A DNA stretch of 64,000 nucleotides. Origin: Octopus sinensis (Eukaryota). Below the pieces are notes generated by a model. The model worked only from the letters and a program-made list of their open reading frames with translations. It was not told the origin of the DNA and ran no database searches. Position 1 is the stretch's first letter; each line of letters opens with the position of its first letter. This document shows, one piece after another, positions 28,735-41,904 of this stretch. The position numbers were made by a program, and so were the translations under genes. The stretch is taken from positions 3,162,001 through 3,226,000 of the forward strand of contig NC_043008.1 of NCBI RefSeq assembly GCF_006345805.1, given 5' to 3'.

Positions 28735-29140
28735 TAATAATAATAATAATAATAATAATGATGATAAAAATAATAATTTCTTTAATAATTACTTTGATAA
28801 TTTAGTCACGAATACAAGAAAATTGTATATATGCCCCTAGCATATTTGAACTGGTAACAAATTTGTATTTATCCGCGTTACTGCTTAGTGCTCTCAACTT
28901 TCTATTTTACTTGTGGCGTGTCACCAATCAGCACAGCCAAAATATGAAGACAGGAATATAATATGAGACATCCATCTCACGTCAGTTCCTAACGTTCTCC
29001 GTTTCGGTATCTGATGCTGAGGGAGATATAACCATTCCGGGTTTGTTACAGTATCGAAAGGCGCACATACAATCAATCGTTCAAACACCCACGAGGATAT
29101 AAGCATACACACACACACACATACGCACAATCACACACTC

Positions 29141-29205
<65 letters not shown>

Positions 29206-29253
29206 TATATCTATCTATTAATCTATAAAGTATATATAATACACACACACACA

Positions 29254-29290
<37 letters not shown>

Positions 29291-29333
29291 GATAGATAGA
29301 TAGACAGAAAGACGGACAGGAAGACAGACAGAA

Positions 29334-29380
<47 letters not shown>

Positions 29381-29391
29381 TAGATGGATAG

Positions 29392-29748
29392 ATGGGGAGT
29401 CGATTAGATTGATCCTAGTATGCGACTGGTACTTAATTTATCGACCCGGAAAGGATGGAAGCTAAAGTAGAATTCGGCGGAATTTGAACTCAGAACATAA
29501 AGACAGACAAAATACATATTTCTTTATTACCCACAAGAGGCTAAACACAGAGAGGACAAACAAGGACAGACAAACGGATTACGTAGATTACATCGACTCC
29601 AGTGCGTAACTGGTACTTAATTTATCGACCCTGAAAGGATAAAAAGCAAAGTGGACCTCGGCGTAATTTGAACTCAGAATGAAGCGGCAGACGAAATACC
29701 ACAAAGCATTTCGCCCGGCGTGATAACGATTCTGCCAACTGGCCGCCT
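29392..29748 (-). mobile_element. SINE family B
   Basis: Collinear with 34150-34516. Confidence 0.85.
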
Positions 29749-30649
29749 AATGAAAATATACATTTGATGTTGACACAAACATACAATGGTGTTAGTGTCT
29801 CATGTGTTACTCTCGAGATGTAAGTTGTGCTAGTTTTGCCTCTGAAATACTGGCAGACATGTATAATTTGAAGTGCATATTCTATATATATTCTTCTTTA
29901 ATTACTAGCAGCGTTAACAGAGGACAGAGCTTAGATTATCACTTTTATTACTAACGTTAAATATTTTCCAAATATTTTTATATGCTAAAATATGATGCTG
30001 TTGTTGCTGCTGCTAACAGATCTGGTCATATTAGCGCTCTAATCATATTAGCACTCTTGTCTACGCTGCAATTCAATTTCTGCGATTTGTACACATAACA
30101 CGAAACGTATACAGTGATTACATAATGACATTACGCAACTCACACAATACATTTTATGGATTCACCGAAAAATATTATAAGATAACACAACACATAGATA
30201 ACACAATCATCTCCCAATAATATATCACAGCACACACCATTATGGAATCGACGCTAGACACGCTAACTTGACAGCTGACCAATGCCCTGGTTTCTACATC
30301 GGAACCGGTGTCTTTTACGTAGAACATTCTAATTCTAGCGAGGATTTGTTCAGGGTCGTATCTATGACGCAGATTAAGCTTATCTCTTCACACATCTTTT
30401 GTGTTAATACAAGAGATGTACGTAATGCAATATATGTCCCAAATCGTCTGATGATTCGGCTGGAGCTAACAATAATGGTATTTCTGTAAGAAGAGAAAAA
30501 TCCATATGTTTTTCGGGAAACAGGAATATTTTGTTTTACGCGTACCAAAATGGATTGAAGGATTTCCGACAAAAATTCCCAGGCAGCTCAACAATGCTCT
30601 TTATAGTATCTTGGCCATTGAAGATTATATATTGATCAATTGGCGAACA

Positions 30650-30775
30650 AGAAATAGTAGAGGAAAATATAGAAGAAGAAGAAGAAGAAAAAGAAGAAGG
30701 AGGAGAAGGAGAAGAAGAAGGAGAAGGAGGAGAAGAAGAAGAAGGAGAAGAAGAAGAAGGAGAAGGAGAAGAAGA

Positions 30776-30809
<34 letters not shown>

Positions 30810-31155
30810 GAAGGAGAGGAAGAAAAGGAGGAGGAGAGGAAGAAAAGGAGGAGGAGAGGAAGAAGAAGGAGAAGAAATAGTAGAGGAAGCTATAGAAGAA
30901 GAAGAAGAAGAGAAGAAGAAATAGAAGAAGAAGAAGACGGAGGAGGAGGAGGAGGAGAGGAAGAAGAAGGAGGAGGAGGAGGAGGAGAGGAAGAAGTAGA
31001 AGGAGAAGAAATAGTAGAGGAAGCTATAGAAGAAGAAGAAGAAGAAGAAGACGTAATAGAAGAAGAAGGAGGAGGAGGAGGAGGAGAGGAAGAAGAAGAA
31101 GAAGAAGAAGAAGAAGAAATAGTAGAGGAAGCTATAGAAGAAGAAGAAGAAGAGC
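30650..31155. repeat. Polypurine (GAA/GGA)n tract with a recurring anchor GAAATAGTAGAGGAAGCTATAGAAG
   Basis: Anchor at about 30651 (variant), 30874, 31008 and 31116. Confidence 0.95.
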
Positions 31156-32051
31156 AGCGAGGCGTCCATCGTTGCTAATATGATTTGCTTACTGGAAAGA
31201 AACGTTGATGTAACATCCTATGCAGTAAAAAAAGAAAATACGAAACATGACTTCGAAAGAAAACATAATAATGATATTGTTATTAAGACTTAAAAGAGAT
31301 CGCTTTCTCTTTGTTTACATTTTTATTTTTCGGGGGTGTTTTTCGGGGGGGGGGGGGATATGAGCGGCAGCAGTAAATTTAAATGACAAGCAAATATCAA
31401 AGTGTTGTTTATAACACAATATAGCTTTATTTTCTTCGACTGATTAATATATGAAATCATGCGTAACAGAAGAATTGTTACTAAATCTTGTTACTAAATT
31501 TGAGATTCAAAATTTGAAATGTTAAGATTAGAATCATATTCTAAGTAGCCAATAGTTGATTGGTTTCTTTGAGGTCACGAAATGTCATAAGAAAACATAT
31601 AAAAATAAAACCCACAATTCTAATATGTTTGTCCATCAATGGCTAATCTAAAATATACATCAAAGCTAAAAAACAGACAAACACTCTCTTTTTGAGGTTT
31701 GATATATTTTTCGAAGCAAAACTAATCTAAGAATAATCTGTGCTTGCATTGGTTTGTTGTTTTTGAGTTGTTCCTTTGGCTTTCGTTGTTGTTGCTGTTG
31801 TTTTTGAAGATGATGTGATGGTGTTGGTTCCGGCGATGACGGTTGCGGTGGTATGCTTTCTCGTGGTGGAAATGATAGGAAAAGAACGGATACTTTAGTG
31901 TGGTATGTTCATTTTGTGGAGATATATATTATGTATGTGCGCATGTGTTGGGGGTCTGTGTGTGTACATAGGAGTGTGTGAGTGTCTGTGTGTGTGATGT
32001 GTGATGTGTATGCGTGAGGATGTGTTGTGTGTATTTTTGTTACTAATATTT

Positions 32052-32082
<31 letters not shown>

Positions 32083-32579
32083 TTGTTTTCTAATTGCTTT
32101 AGAGCAGAACGTGGAGACTAGACATTAGAAATTAGAGGTATCAAGTAGCAACAATTACTAAATAATATTTTTCTTTTTATTTTAGCAAACAATAACTTGT
32201 TGGACAAAGATGTAAGAGATAAGCGAGATGGTGTTTCTGAAAGAATGATAGAATGAAAGAATGGACGAATGAAAGATTTAAAGTATCAAAGACATAAACA
32301 AATTGAACGTCAGTTGGAAGCCAAACAAAAAGTATTTGCCATCAATAATCAAATGAAACCCTTCAAGATTTGGCTTTTTTCCAACTATTGAACTCTGAGA
32401 TTTGTCATTTTACTAACAAAAACAGTGGCACTTGCTGGAAATATTCTAAGACATAGTTCTATTGTTAAATATTCATTCATCAACATATGAGCTCTGACAA
32501 AACGAAACAACAACAAAAAAAAAAAACATTGAAAACAAAAACAGGAAATATGATAATCACGATAACAATAACATGCTCA

Positions 32580-32587
32580 GCAGTAGC

Positions 32588-32622
<35 letters not shown>

Positions 32623-32630
32623 ACAACAAC

Positions 32631-32689
<59 letters not shown>

Positions 32690-33005
32690 GGAGGTGGTGG
32701 AGGAGAAGGTATGTTAATATTGAGAGAAACGTTACTAATAACAATTGTGAATTCAATCATAATAATGCACAGAATAATAGCAATGATGACAAGAAGAAGA
32801 AGAAGAAGAAGAAGAAGAAGAAGAAGAAGAAGAAGAAGAAGAAGAAGGAGAAGAAGAAGAAGAAGAAGAAGAAGAAGAAGAAGAAGAGAAGAAGAAGAGA
32901 AGAAGAAGAAGAAGAAGAAGAACAACAACAACAACAACAACAAGAACAAGAAGGAGAAGAAGAAGAAGAAGAACAACAACAACAACAACAGCAACTACAA
33001 CAAAA
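32580..33005. repeat. (AAC)n/(AAT)n/(GAA)n compound trinucleotide tracts
   Basis: Direct reading. Confidence 0.95.
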
Positions 33006-33461
33006 ACAAAAGAGCTTAAAAAAGATGTTTAGAGTTTCTAGACTGTGTGGAGACTAAGAAATAATGGAAGGAAATAACCCGGATGTGTTAATAAAATGTT
33101 TCTGTTGTAGGAAGGGGACGAGATTTGATCATTCGAGAGACGAGGGTTTGTTAGGTCACGACACGTATTGGAGGAGGCCGTGTCTCAGTGCCAATCTTTG
33201 TACAGAAGCTTAAAGAATGGTCAGAATTCTCGTAAATGACTGATTTTCTACTCTATGGTGGGTTCCGTTATACACTAAATCCTTAAATCCTTAAAAATGT
33301 TTTAGCCCGAAGGCCGCGGCCATGCTGGGGCACCACCGCTGAATGAGCTACACTAATATGTGACTCCACCTCTGATACATGGCACTTGATCAACAAGGGA
33401 GTTCGATGCCGCTGCCCGCATCTGTGTCCCCTGTGTCTCCTAAGGCAGAATTTTTTTTAAA

Positions 33462-33772
33462 TGGCTCTCCGTCGGTTACAACGATGAGTGTTCCAGTTGA
33501 TCCGATCAACTGAACATCTTGCTCTTGCAATTAGCCCCCAATTGGCTGAACATTCTACAGACATGCGCACCCTTATCGTAGTTACCAGTGAGATCTAACG
33601 TGACCTAGAATTTGACACGGCTGATCCTTTCAAATGCTGTTACTACTGATTCTGGACTGGAGCAACGAGAGATAAAGTGTTTTGCTTAAGAACAAAACGC
33701 GCCGCCGTGCATCGAACCGACGTTCTTATGATCGTGAGCCAAATACTCTTAGCATGAAGACTCGCGCCTTCA
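33462..33772 (-). mobile_element. Cephalopod SINE family C (tRNA head + conserved central domain)
   Basis: Minus strand shows a tRNA-like head (cacgatcataagaacgtcggttcgatg), ttcttaagcaaaacactttatctctcgttgctccagtcc, and the tail gttgatcggatcaactggaacactc...taaccgacggagagcc. Confidence 0.7.
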
Positions 33773-33919
33773 CGATATAGAGATTAAGACGAATTTCATA
33801 ATGATTAGTGTAAAGGCCACAGCTATCAAGCATAACCATTCATAGAGTTAAAGCGAAATTACGCTTTGTCACTAAGAGTGTAGGTCCGCTCCAGGCCAGT
33901 CTTGTAGGCTTTCTCACAG

Positions 33920-34049
33920 ATTGAATCCCATTTATGGATCAAATAACAGAAGACATACCTGAAGCTAAGGCATTCAAATTGCAAAGAAAAGATGCCCACT
34001 GGACATTGCTAAAAGAGGCAAACCGTTTGTCGGCATCGGTTGGTATCAC
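33920..34049 (+). other. Candidate exon (unverified)
   Basis: ctttctcacAG acceptor and GTGAGT donor at 34050. From ATG 33934 it reads MDQITEDIPEAKAFKLQRKDAHWTLLKEANRLSASVGI; no homology recognised. Confidence 0.25.
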
Positions 34050-34122
34050 GTGAGTTAATCTCTCAGTCTAAAAATTATATTGACTTTGTGCCTTAAAGCG
34101 AAGCTCGAAAAAGTAAGATATC

Positions 34123-34516
34123 ATTTCTACTAAAGGCACAAGGCCCCAAATTTGCAGGGAAGAGACTAGTCGATTACATCGACCCCAGTATTTCATTGGT
34201 ACTTAATTTATCGACCACGAAAGGATGAAAAGCAAAGTCGACCTCGGCGGAATTTGAACTCAGAACGTAGCGGCAGACGAAATACCTATTTCTTTACTAC
34301 CCACAAGGGGCTAAACACAGAGAGAACAAACAAGGACAGACAAACGGATTAAGTCGATTATATCGACCCCAGTGCGTAACTGGTACTTATTTAATCGACC
34401 CCGAAAGGATGAAAGGCAAAGTCGACCTCGGCGGAATTTGAACTCCGAACGTAGCGGCGGACGAAATACCGCTAAGCATTTTGCCCGGCGTGCTAACATT
34501 TCTGCCGACTCGCCAC
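34123..34516 (-). mobile_element. Cephalopod SINE family B with an internally duplicated core
   Basis: The block gtcgattacatcgacccc...ctggtacttaatttatcgac...gtcgacctcggcggaatttgaact occurs twice within the copy. The same architecture is seen at 29392-29748. Confidence 0.85.
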
Positions 34517-34901
34517 CTCTGAGAAAGTAAGATATCAGTGGAATAAATTCTACAAGATCAGCAAAATGAAACGAGAAACCACTGCCATATATTTTCCGCG
34601 AAATTAGTTGGGTTTATGAATTTTGGGACTAAATTCTGACAAAGAGGTCAGTGCTCCCTATTACTTGAAGGAGCGATAGCAAAAGAAATTGAGATATTCG
34701 ATCAACTCGTTGAAACGATAGTGATGATACAGCACTGAATAGAAGGTTCTACAATATCTCTTTAGTCTCGATGAACACTATGTCCAAATCCACCGAGGTC
34801 AACTTTATATTTTCTCATTACTGGAAACCTCTTCAATGTTTCTCTCTCACTATCTCTATTAGTCTCTCCCCTCTCTCTTTCTATCTCCATTTCTCCCTCT
34901 C

Positions 34902-34938
<37 letters not shown>

Positions 34939-36782
34939 CTTTCACTCTGTTTCACTTTCTAAATTGCTTACATACATTTGCTTTGTAAGAAGCGTAAAGA
35001 TAAATTCTTACAATCCTGGTGCAACAAAGAGCTGAAGAAGGAACTACCAATTACTTCGAACAGAAAATTACTGGAGCTGAAGAAAATAGGACCAGTGTGT
35101 AATATTGAGAAGCATGGAGATATGTAATATAGTCAATTAAATATTGTGCTCAAGTTATGAATAATTGAAAGCTCTGAAGCATAGCAACGAATTTATAACC
35201 TAGTTTTAATTTGCATTAGGTGTAAAAGACTTAACGATTGTTATTCAACTTTAAATATATTCGGACATGTTTGGAATTTAAAGATGAAGTCATTCAACTG
35301 AAATCACGAAGTAAACATTATATAGAAGTTATGTAATTCCAGACATTACGAAAACATAAGTTATTTCACTATAGTATCCGTGTAAAAAAATGTTTTCTCA
35401 TGGGGGAGATGCTTGTAGCTATGGAAGCCAGTACAGAATTTACTGGAAGGTAAATTTTATTTCTTAAACATTGATGAAAACATGATTAAAGACAGTATGA
35501 TAGGAAAAAAATAAAGTATAACTGATATTAGTATGCACATAGGTGTATTTATATTGATCTGTGGAAATATAATTTTGCGAGAGATAGAGATTGACAGACA
35601 GATACACACTCAGGCAGGCAGACAGACAGACGCATATAGATATATATATATTTATATATACAAACAGACAGATTCATAGACAGATAGATAGGTATCGGTA
35701 AGCTACAATTTAAGGCCATAGCAATTGTTAGTCTGTAGCATTTATTAAAATTCACGTGTATGGCCATGCAATATAATACTGTTTTATGATATGCTAGAAA
35801 AGATGAGGCATTAAGAAATAACCCTGCAGTAATAAAGTGTGAAAATTGTAATAGGTTTTCATCAGTACAGTAGATATCAGTCACAACCGACATGTTTCGA
35901 GCAGAAGATGGCGCTTGCTACAGTTACGAACCTCATACTCTCAATTTCGACAATTATTGTCTATAAACGACGTGTCATTCCAGAGGTAACAATAGTCAAC
36001 AAGGAGAAAAGTGGTTGATAGACATTTCTAATTAAAAGATCACTCAGTCATCATAATAGTTTTTTATTTGTTTATTTTCCTGTGAATAACGTTTGTCTTA
36101 CGATAAGGATTTAGATTTTCTCAAACAAAGAATTTCATAAAATAATTCTGTCCATTGGAATGATATACAGAAATAAGATCTGCTGAGTTTATTTCATATA
36201 CTTAAGGAGCGGATAATTTGTAAAGCTTTAAAACACGTGAGTATTTCAACTTAGGTCGGAAATGTTTTTACAAGACTTGCGACTTAACTTGGGAAAAAAC
36301 GTAACACAAAAAACGTTTGTGCTTTGGTACAAAAGTTCGTACATATTTGTCCACGTATTTTATTTGATTTTACATGTTAGTATTATTAATTTGTGTACAT
36401 TTATCTACGTGCAAAAACGTTGCAAGGTGAATTGACGGGAGATGAGATGTGTCTATGGTATAGCAACGGTGAAGGTTATACGCTATTACGACCATACATC
36501 AATTTAGGAAGGATTTACAGAAAACATGGAAACATATAGGACAAATGGAAGCAACAACAGACAGAAATAGAAATGTCGCATGAAAATTAGTTGCATGAAG
36601 AATTAGCGACTTCATATATCAAAATAACAAACAAAGGATCTAAGAATTTTAAAGAGTGTGGAGAATCCGGATATTATAATAACACTAAATTCTATTGTTA
36701 CTACCAAATAGAATTAGGACATTGATGATTTGGTGGTTGTATTCATATCCATAGTGTTGGTATTGATGACGATTATTATTAT

Positions 36783-36823
<41 letters not shown>

Positions 36824-36879
36824 ACTACTATTACTACTATTGTACATGGATTTATATATACATATATATACATTTTCAA

Positions 36880-37076
36880 AATGTAACCGCGTGTGTATCG
36901 TTGGAGATTTTCTCCCTCCGTCTTCCCTTCCTTTGGACCTTCCTCCATTTCTGAAGAAGAACAAGGCTCGAAACGTTAAATCCTCTTTCTTTCCTTTCCT
37001 GAGCGTCTGATAATACAGTACTTGTACCACGTGGTCGCGTCATTGTTTTTGTTGTTTGTTCTTTGTTTGGATTCAC
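36880..37076 (+). mobile_element. Solo 3'-terminal fragment of a PLE related to the 56-62 kb element
   Basis: Shares gctcgaaacgttaaa...ttcctgagcg...taataca with the element's tail. It ends in (TA)n about 100 nt after the HHR. Confidence 0.7.
36947..36981 (+). ncRNA. Minimal hammerhead motif (CUGAAGA core, one mismatch in stem II)
   Basis: AUUU-CUGAAGA-A-GAAC(AAG)GCUC-GAA-ACGU-U-AAAU. Stem I covaries with the UCUUU/AAAGA stem of the 60.4-kb copy. Confidence 0.7.
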
Positions 37077-38285
37077 TATATATATTACATATATATATAT
37101 ATAGCGAAAGAGAGAGAGAGAGAGAGAGACAGAAAAGAGAAAAGAGAGGAGGAGAGGGAGAGCGGTTACGAGAGAAGTGATAAATGATAAGCGAAAGCAA
37201 ATTTATGTTTGTTACAATAAACCTCAAAATCAATAGAACATTTCTGCGCACTTTAAAACGGATGTAAACGAAATGACAATCAATGATTAGCACTTTATGC
37301 AAACGAGTCATTTCGTGTGTCTGTGGTTTGTGCAAGTTTATATGTTTATATGTACGGATGGAAACATATTTCGATGCATAACAATATACACCACACACAC
37401 ACACACACGGATGTATAATTATAATAATTATATATATATATTGAGAAGGTAAAAGGAAAATGGGAGAAACAAATCTAAGTGGGTTATTATGTCTTTTGAT
37501 AACCTAAACTGATATATTTTCAAACCAATATAAAGCCATTGAAGTCCCTGAAAAGATCGTTCATATTTAAGTTTGTCTCTGGCAATCTCCACATCAAATA
37601 TCGATAAATCTGTCTTTAGTTTATTCAGCGAAAGTGATCTCTTTGAAATCTTTAAACAACTCACATATTGTTTGAGACTTTGGTTACTTTGTTCCGTTTT
37701 TTTTAAATCTTTTATTTCGTTATATCTACGAAATTACTTCTCCCGAGAGGGAACATATTTTTGGCATTATGAGAGATATATAAAATCGTTCCACTCATGC
37801 AAGAGAGATAAATATCAGTTTACTTTATGACACTAAAAATAATGTTTTACTCAAAGTTAGTAACACTAAAAATATTGTAATTCTCACAGTTATTTAGTCA
37901 AATGAAAAACGTTGTCTTTTATAATGTTATTTAGTAAAGCTAAAAATATATTATTTCGCAAACGTTTTATTCATGCACATATTGTCTTATTTAGTTTTAC
38001 AGCAACTATTATTCTTCCATATATATATATTTATTTTTAATTCTCCATCACAAGTAAATTAAACTCTAAACTATTTTCCTTGCAGTTATAGTTTCAATAA
38101 AACATTTCTTTTTCTCTCTCTTGCTTTGTAATACTGAAATACTAGGAATACTAAAATGTTTTGCTGGGAGAAATATTGTCTCTCTCTCTCTGTTAAGTGT
38201 CGACTGACATTAAAAATATCATTTTTCAACCCATGTTACTTAGTAGAATGAGACTGCTCTCTGTATAAGTGTGTGTGTGTGCATG

Positions 38286-38322
<37 letters not shown>

Positions 38323-38969
38323 CTGTGTGTGTGTATGTGTGTGTATACATACGTGCATATATATATATATATATATATGTGCGTGCTAAAATATTATATG
38401 GTTTTATAAAGTAGGAGTAGACAATGTTAGATTAGTATACTGAATAATACTGAAACTTATTATTTGAGAATGAAACGTTAACGCCATTTTTATTATTCAG
38501 GTTATGTAACTGAAAAGAAACTTACGAAAATTGCAATATATCAAAATTATGTACTTATTGTTATTGAAAATTTTAAATACATGGATTTTTTAATATCAAT
38601 TTCATTTATTATTACCGTAAAAGTAAGGAATTTCTTATTATTGAAATATGAAGTGTTTTGATACCTAAACATATCTTTAATGTTCCACTACATTTTAGAG
38701 ACTCAAAGTTTATACACCATACATATATGTCTACATGTATTGTGCATATATATATAAATACATGCATACATATATATGTATATACTTGCATATATATACA
38801 AATATATAAAAGGACACAGACCTACACATACGTGCATGTGTGCTAGTGTGTGTGTGTGTATGTGTGCGTGTAGAGTAATCTGCGTGGACGGTTTTATATA
38901 TATATATATATATACGTAATTACGCACTCACCCCTATTCGCACATACACACTTACACGCACCAGTCTCA

Positions 38970-38971
<2 letters not shown>

Positions 38972-39004
<33 letters not shown>

Positions 39005-39226
39005 GCACCTTAATTCGTTGGGGTCACCATTACTGTTATTGTTACTGAACCTCTTTTTCCTTGGCATCTCGCCATGTTGGACCGTCGAACTCTTAATCAT
39101 TTCTGGTGAAGTGCAAAACTTAGACAAAACTTTTCCTTCCCGAGCGTTGAACTGATACACCTGCTTGGTGCACTTATACCGGTCTTCTTGTATTGTTTTC
39201 TGTAAATTTGAATTAGATATAAATAT

Positions 39227-39258
<32 letters not shown>

Positions 39259-39278
39259 ATATATATATAATATATATA

Positions 39279-39316
<38 letters not shown>

Positions 39317-40249
39317 TATATATTATATATATACAGTACAGGTCACACACGCGCACACATACACATTTTGTGTGAATCTGTGTGAAGCATATACAAGACA
39401 TATACTGGGGAAAATAGCTATTTCTCTCTAGATTGAAAAACCTACGACCAGTCTTGATCTGTATGTTTCTCAAAAGGGATCTGAGTCCAGAGAATATCAA
39501 GGTATGATATAATATACTTATCCGATATTGTACATATATTAAACGCAGCAAATTTAGAATGTGTGTGTGTGTGTATGCATATTCACAGTCACAACTATAC
39601 ATCAGCATAAATATACTTACATGTATGTAAAGCGGTCCTTATTTCCTTTGTGTGTGTGTATGTGTGTGAGGAGGCGTTCATGCGAGTGTGAGCACGTGTA
39701 CATGCGTGTGTTTTTGCGTGTGTATGTGTTCGCGTGCGTATAAATGTGTGTGTCTGTCTCCATGCCTGCTTCTATATCTGTGTATATTGGCGTGTAGCGT
39801 GACGTCACTTACGCTACACAGGTGATTTCATGGTTCAGTAAACAGCGACAGTGGTGTTTCGTCATGACAGACGTGTCACGGCTGAAAGCTTGAACGGATA
39901 AAAGCAATTAGTAAAGAATTCAAGGAAAACATTTCCACATGACAACACGTGCCAAATTCCCGTAAAGATAGATTCGGAGAAGAAGGCATTCCGAAATCCT
40001 TCATCTTTATCTCTTTTCATATAGGAAGCAAAGTAGTGAACATGCGTGAAAACATTGCAGTCAGCATATAGATCTTAGAACCTCTACGCATTTGTTTGTG
40101 GTTTTAAAAGCAGCAGAGATAATGATCGTGTTGACAGTTATGCCGCCTGACACAGGTCATTCAATGCAACAACTTCATTGTATAAAACCCACTGATGCGC
40201 AAACAAACACGTACCCGAGCAAGCACACACACACACACACACACACACA

Positions 40250-40281
<32 letters not shown>

Positions 40282-40500
40282 GCACCTTAATTCGTTGGGG
40301 TCACCATTACTGTTATTGTTACTGAACCTCTTTTTCCTTGGCATCTCGCCATGTTGGACCGTCGAACTCTTAATCATTTCTGGTGAAGTGCAAAACTTAG
40401 ACAAAACTTTTCCTTCCCGAGCGTTGAACTGATACACCTGCTTGGTGCACTTATACCGGTCTTCTTGTATTGTTTTCTGTAAATTTGAATTAGATATAAA

Positions 40501-40579
<79 letters not shown>

Positions 40580-41498
40580 ATATATAGATATATATATATA
40601 TATATACAGTACAGGTCACACACGCGCACACATACACATTTTGTGTGAATCTGTGTGAAGCATATACAAGACATATACTGGGGAAAATAGCTATTTCTCT
40701 CTAGATTGAAAAACCTACGACCAGTCTTGATCTGTATGTTTCTCAAAAGGGATCTGAGTCCAGAGAATATCAAGGTATGATATAATATACTTATCCGATA
40801 TTGTACATATATTAAACGCAGCAAATTTAGAATGTGTGTGTGTGTGTATGCATATTCACAGTCACAACTATACATCAGCATAAATATACTTACATGTATG
40901 TAAAGCGGTCCTTATTTCCTTTGTGTGTGTGTATGTGTGTGAGGAGGCGTTCATGCGAGTGTGAGCACGTGTACATGCGTGTGTTTTTGCGTGTGTATGT
41001 GTTCGCGTGCGTATAAATGTGTGTGTCTGTCTCCATGCCTGCTTCTATATCTGTGTATATTGGCGTGTAGCGTGACGTCACTTACGCTACACAGGTGATT
41101 TCATGGTTCAGTAAACAGCGACAGTGGTGTTTCGTCATGACAGACGTGTCACGGCTGAAAGCTTTGAACGGATAAAAGCAATTTAGTAAAGAATTCAAGG
41201 AAAACATTTCCACATGACAACACGTGCCAAATTCCCGTAAAGATAGATTCGGAGAAGAAGGCATTCCGAAATCCTTCATCTTTATCTCTTTTCATATAGG
41301 AAGCAAAGTAGTGAACATGCGTGAAAACATTGCAGTCAGCATATAGATCTTAGAACCTCTACGCATTTGTTTGTGGTTTTAAAAGCAGCAGAGATAATGA
41401 TCGTGTTGACAGTTATGCCGCCTGACACAGGTCATTCAATGCAACAACTTCATTGTATAAAACCCACTGATGCGCAAACAAACACGTACCCGAGCAAG

Positions 41499-41520
<22 letters not shown>
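38972..41520 (+). repeat. Tandem duplication of a ~1.27-kb unit bounded by (CA)n tracts
   Basis: The unique parts 39001-40223 and 40278-41498 are near-identical. (CA)n tracts lie at 38972-39000, 40224-40277 and 41499-41520. Confidence 0.95.
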
Positions 41521-41534
<14 letters not shown>

Positions 41535-41904
41535 AACACATACACATACGTATTCATACACACACACATATACATATATAAATCGAAGTGTACAGTATTA
41601 TATGACCATTACAGCCGATCTTACAATCGGTTTCGCGCTAGGGATTCAACGGACTGTTAGGTAACAATCTGATTATGTAAAGCTGCGCCCATCAGAGGTA
41701 GCCGTTATTGAATGAAATATGGTGACTGAATATATACATATATATATGTGTGTGTGTGTGTGTGTATGTCTGTGTGTGTGTGTGCGTGTGGATATATATA
41801 TATATATATATATATATACATTCATACATATATAAACATACATATATACATACATACATACATTATAATGTAGTATACACGTGTTCTATGGCAAAGAGGG
41901 TAAG

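Noticed and set aside
35885-35925. Minus-strand CTCGAAACATGTC (PLE-type HHR 3' half)
   Set aside because: There is no intact CUGANGA core or stem I upstream.
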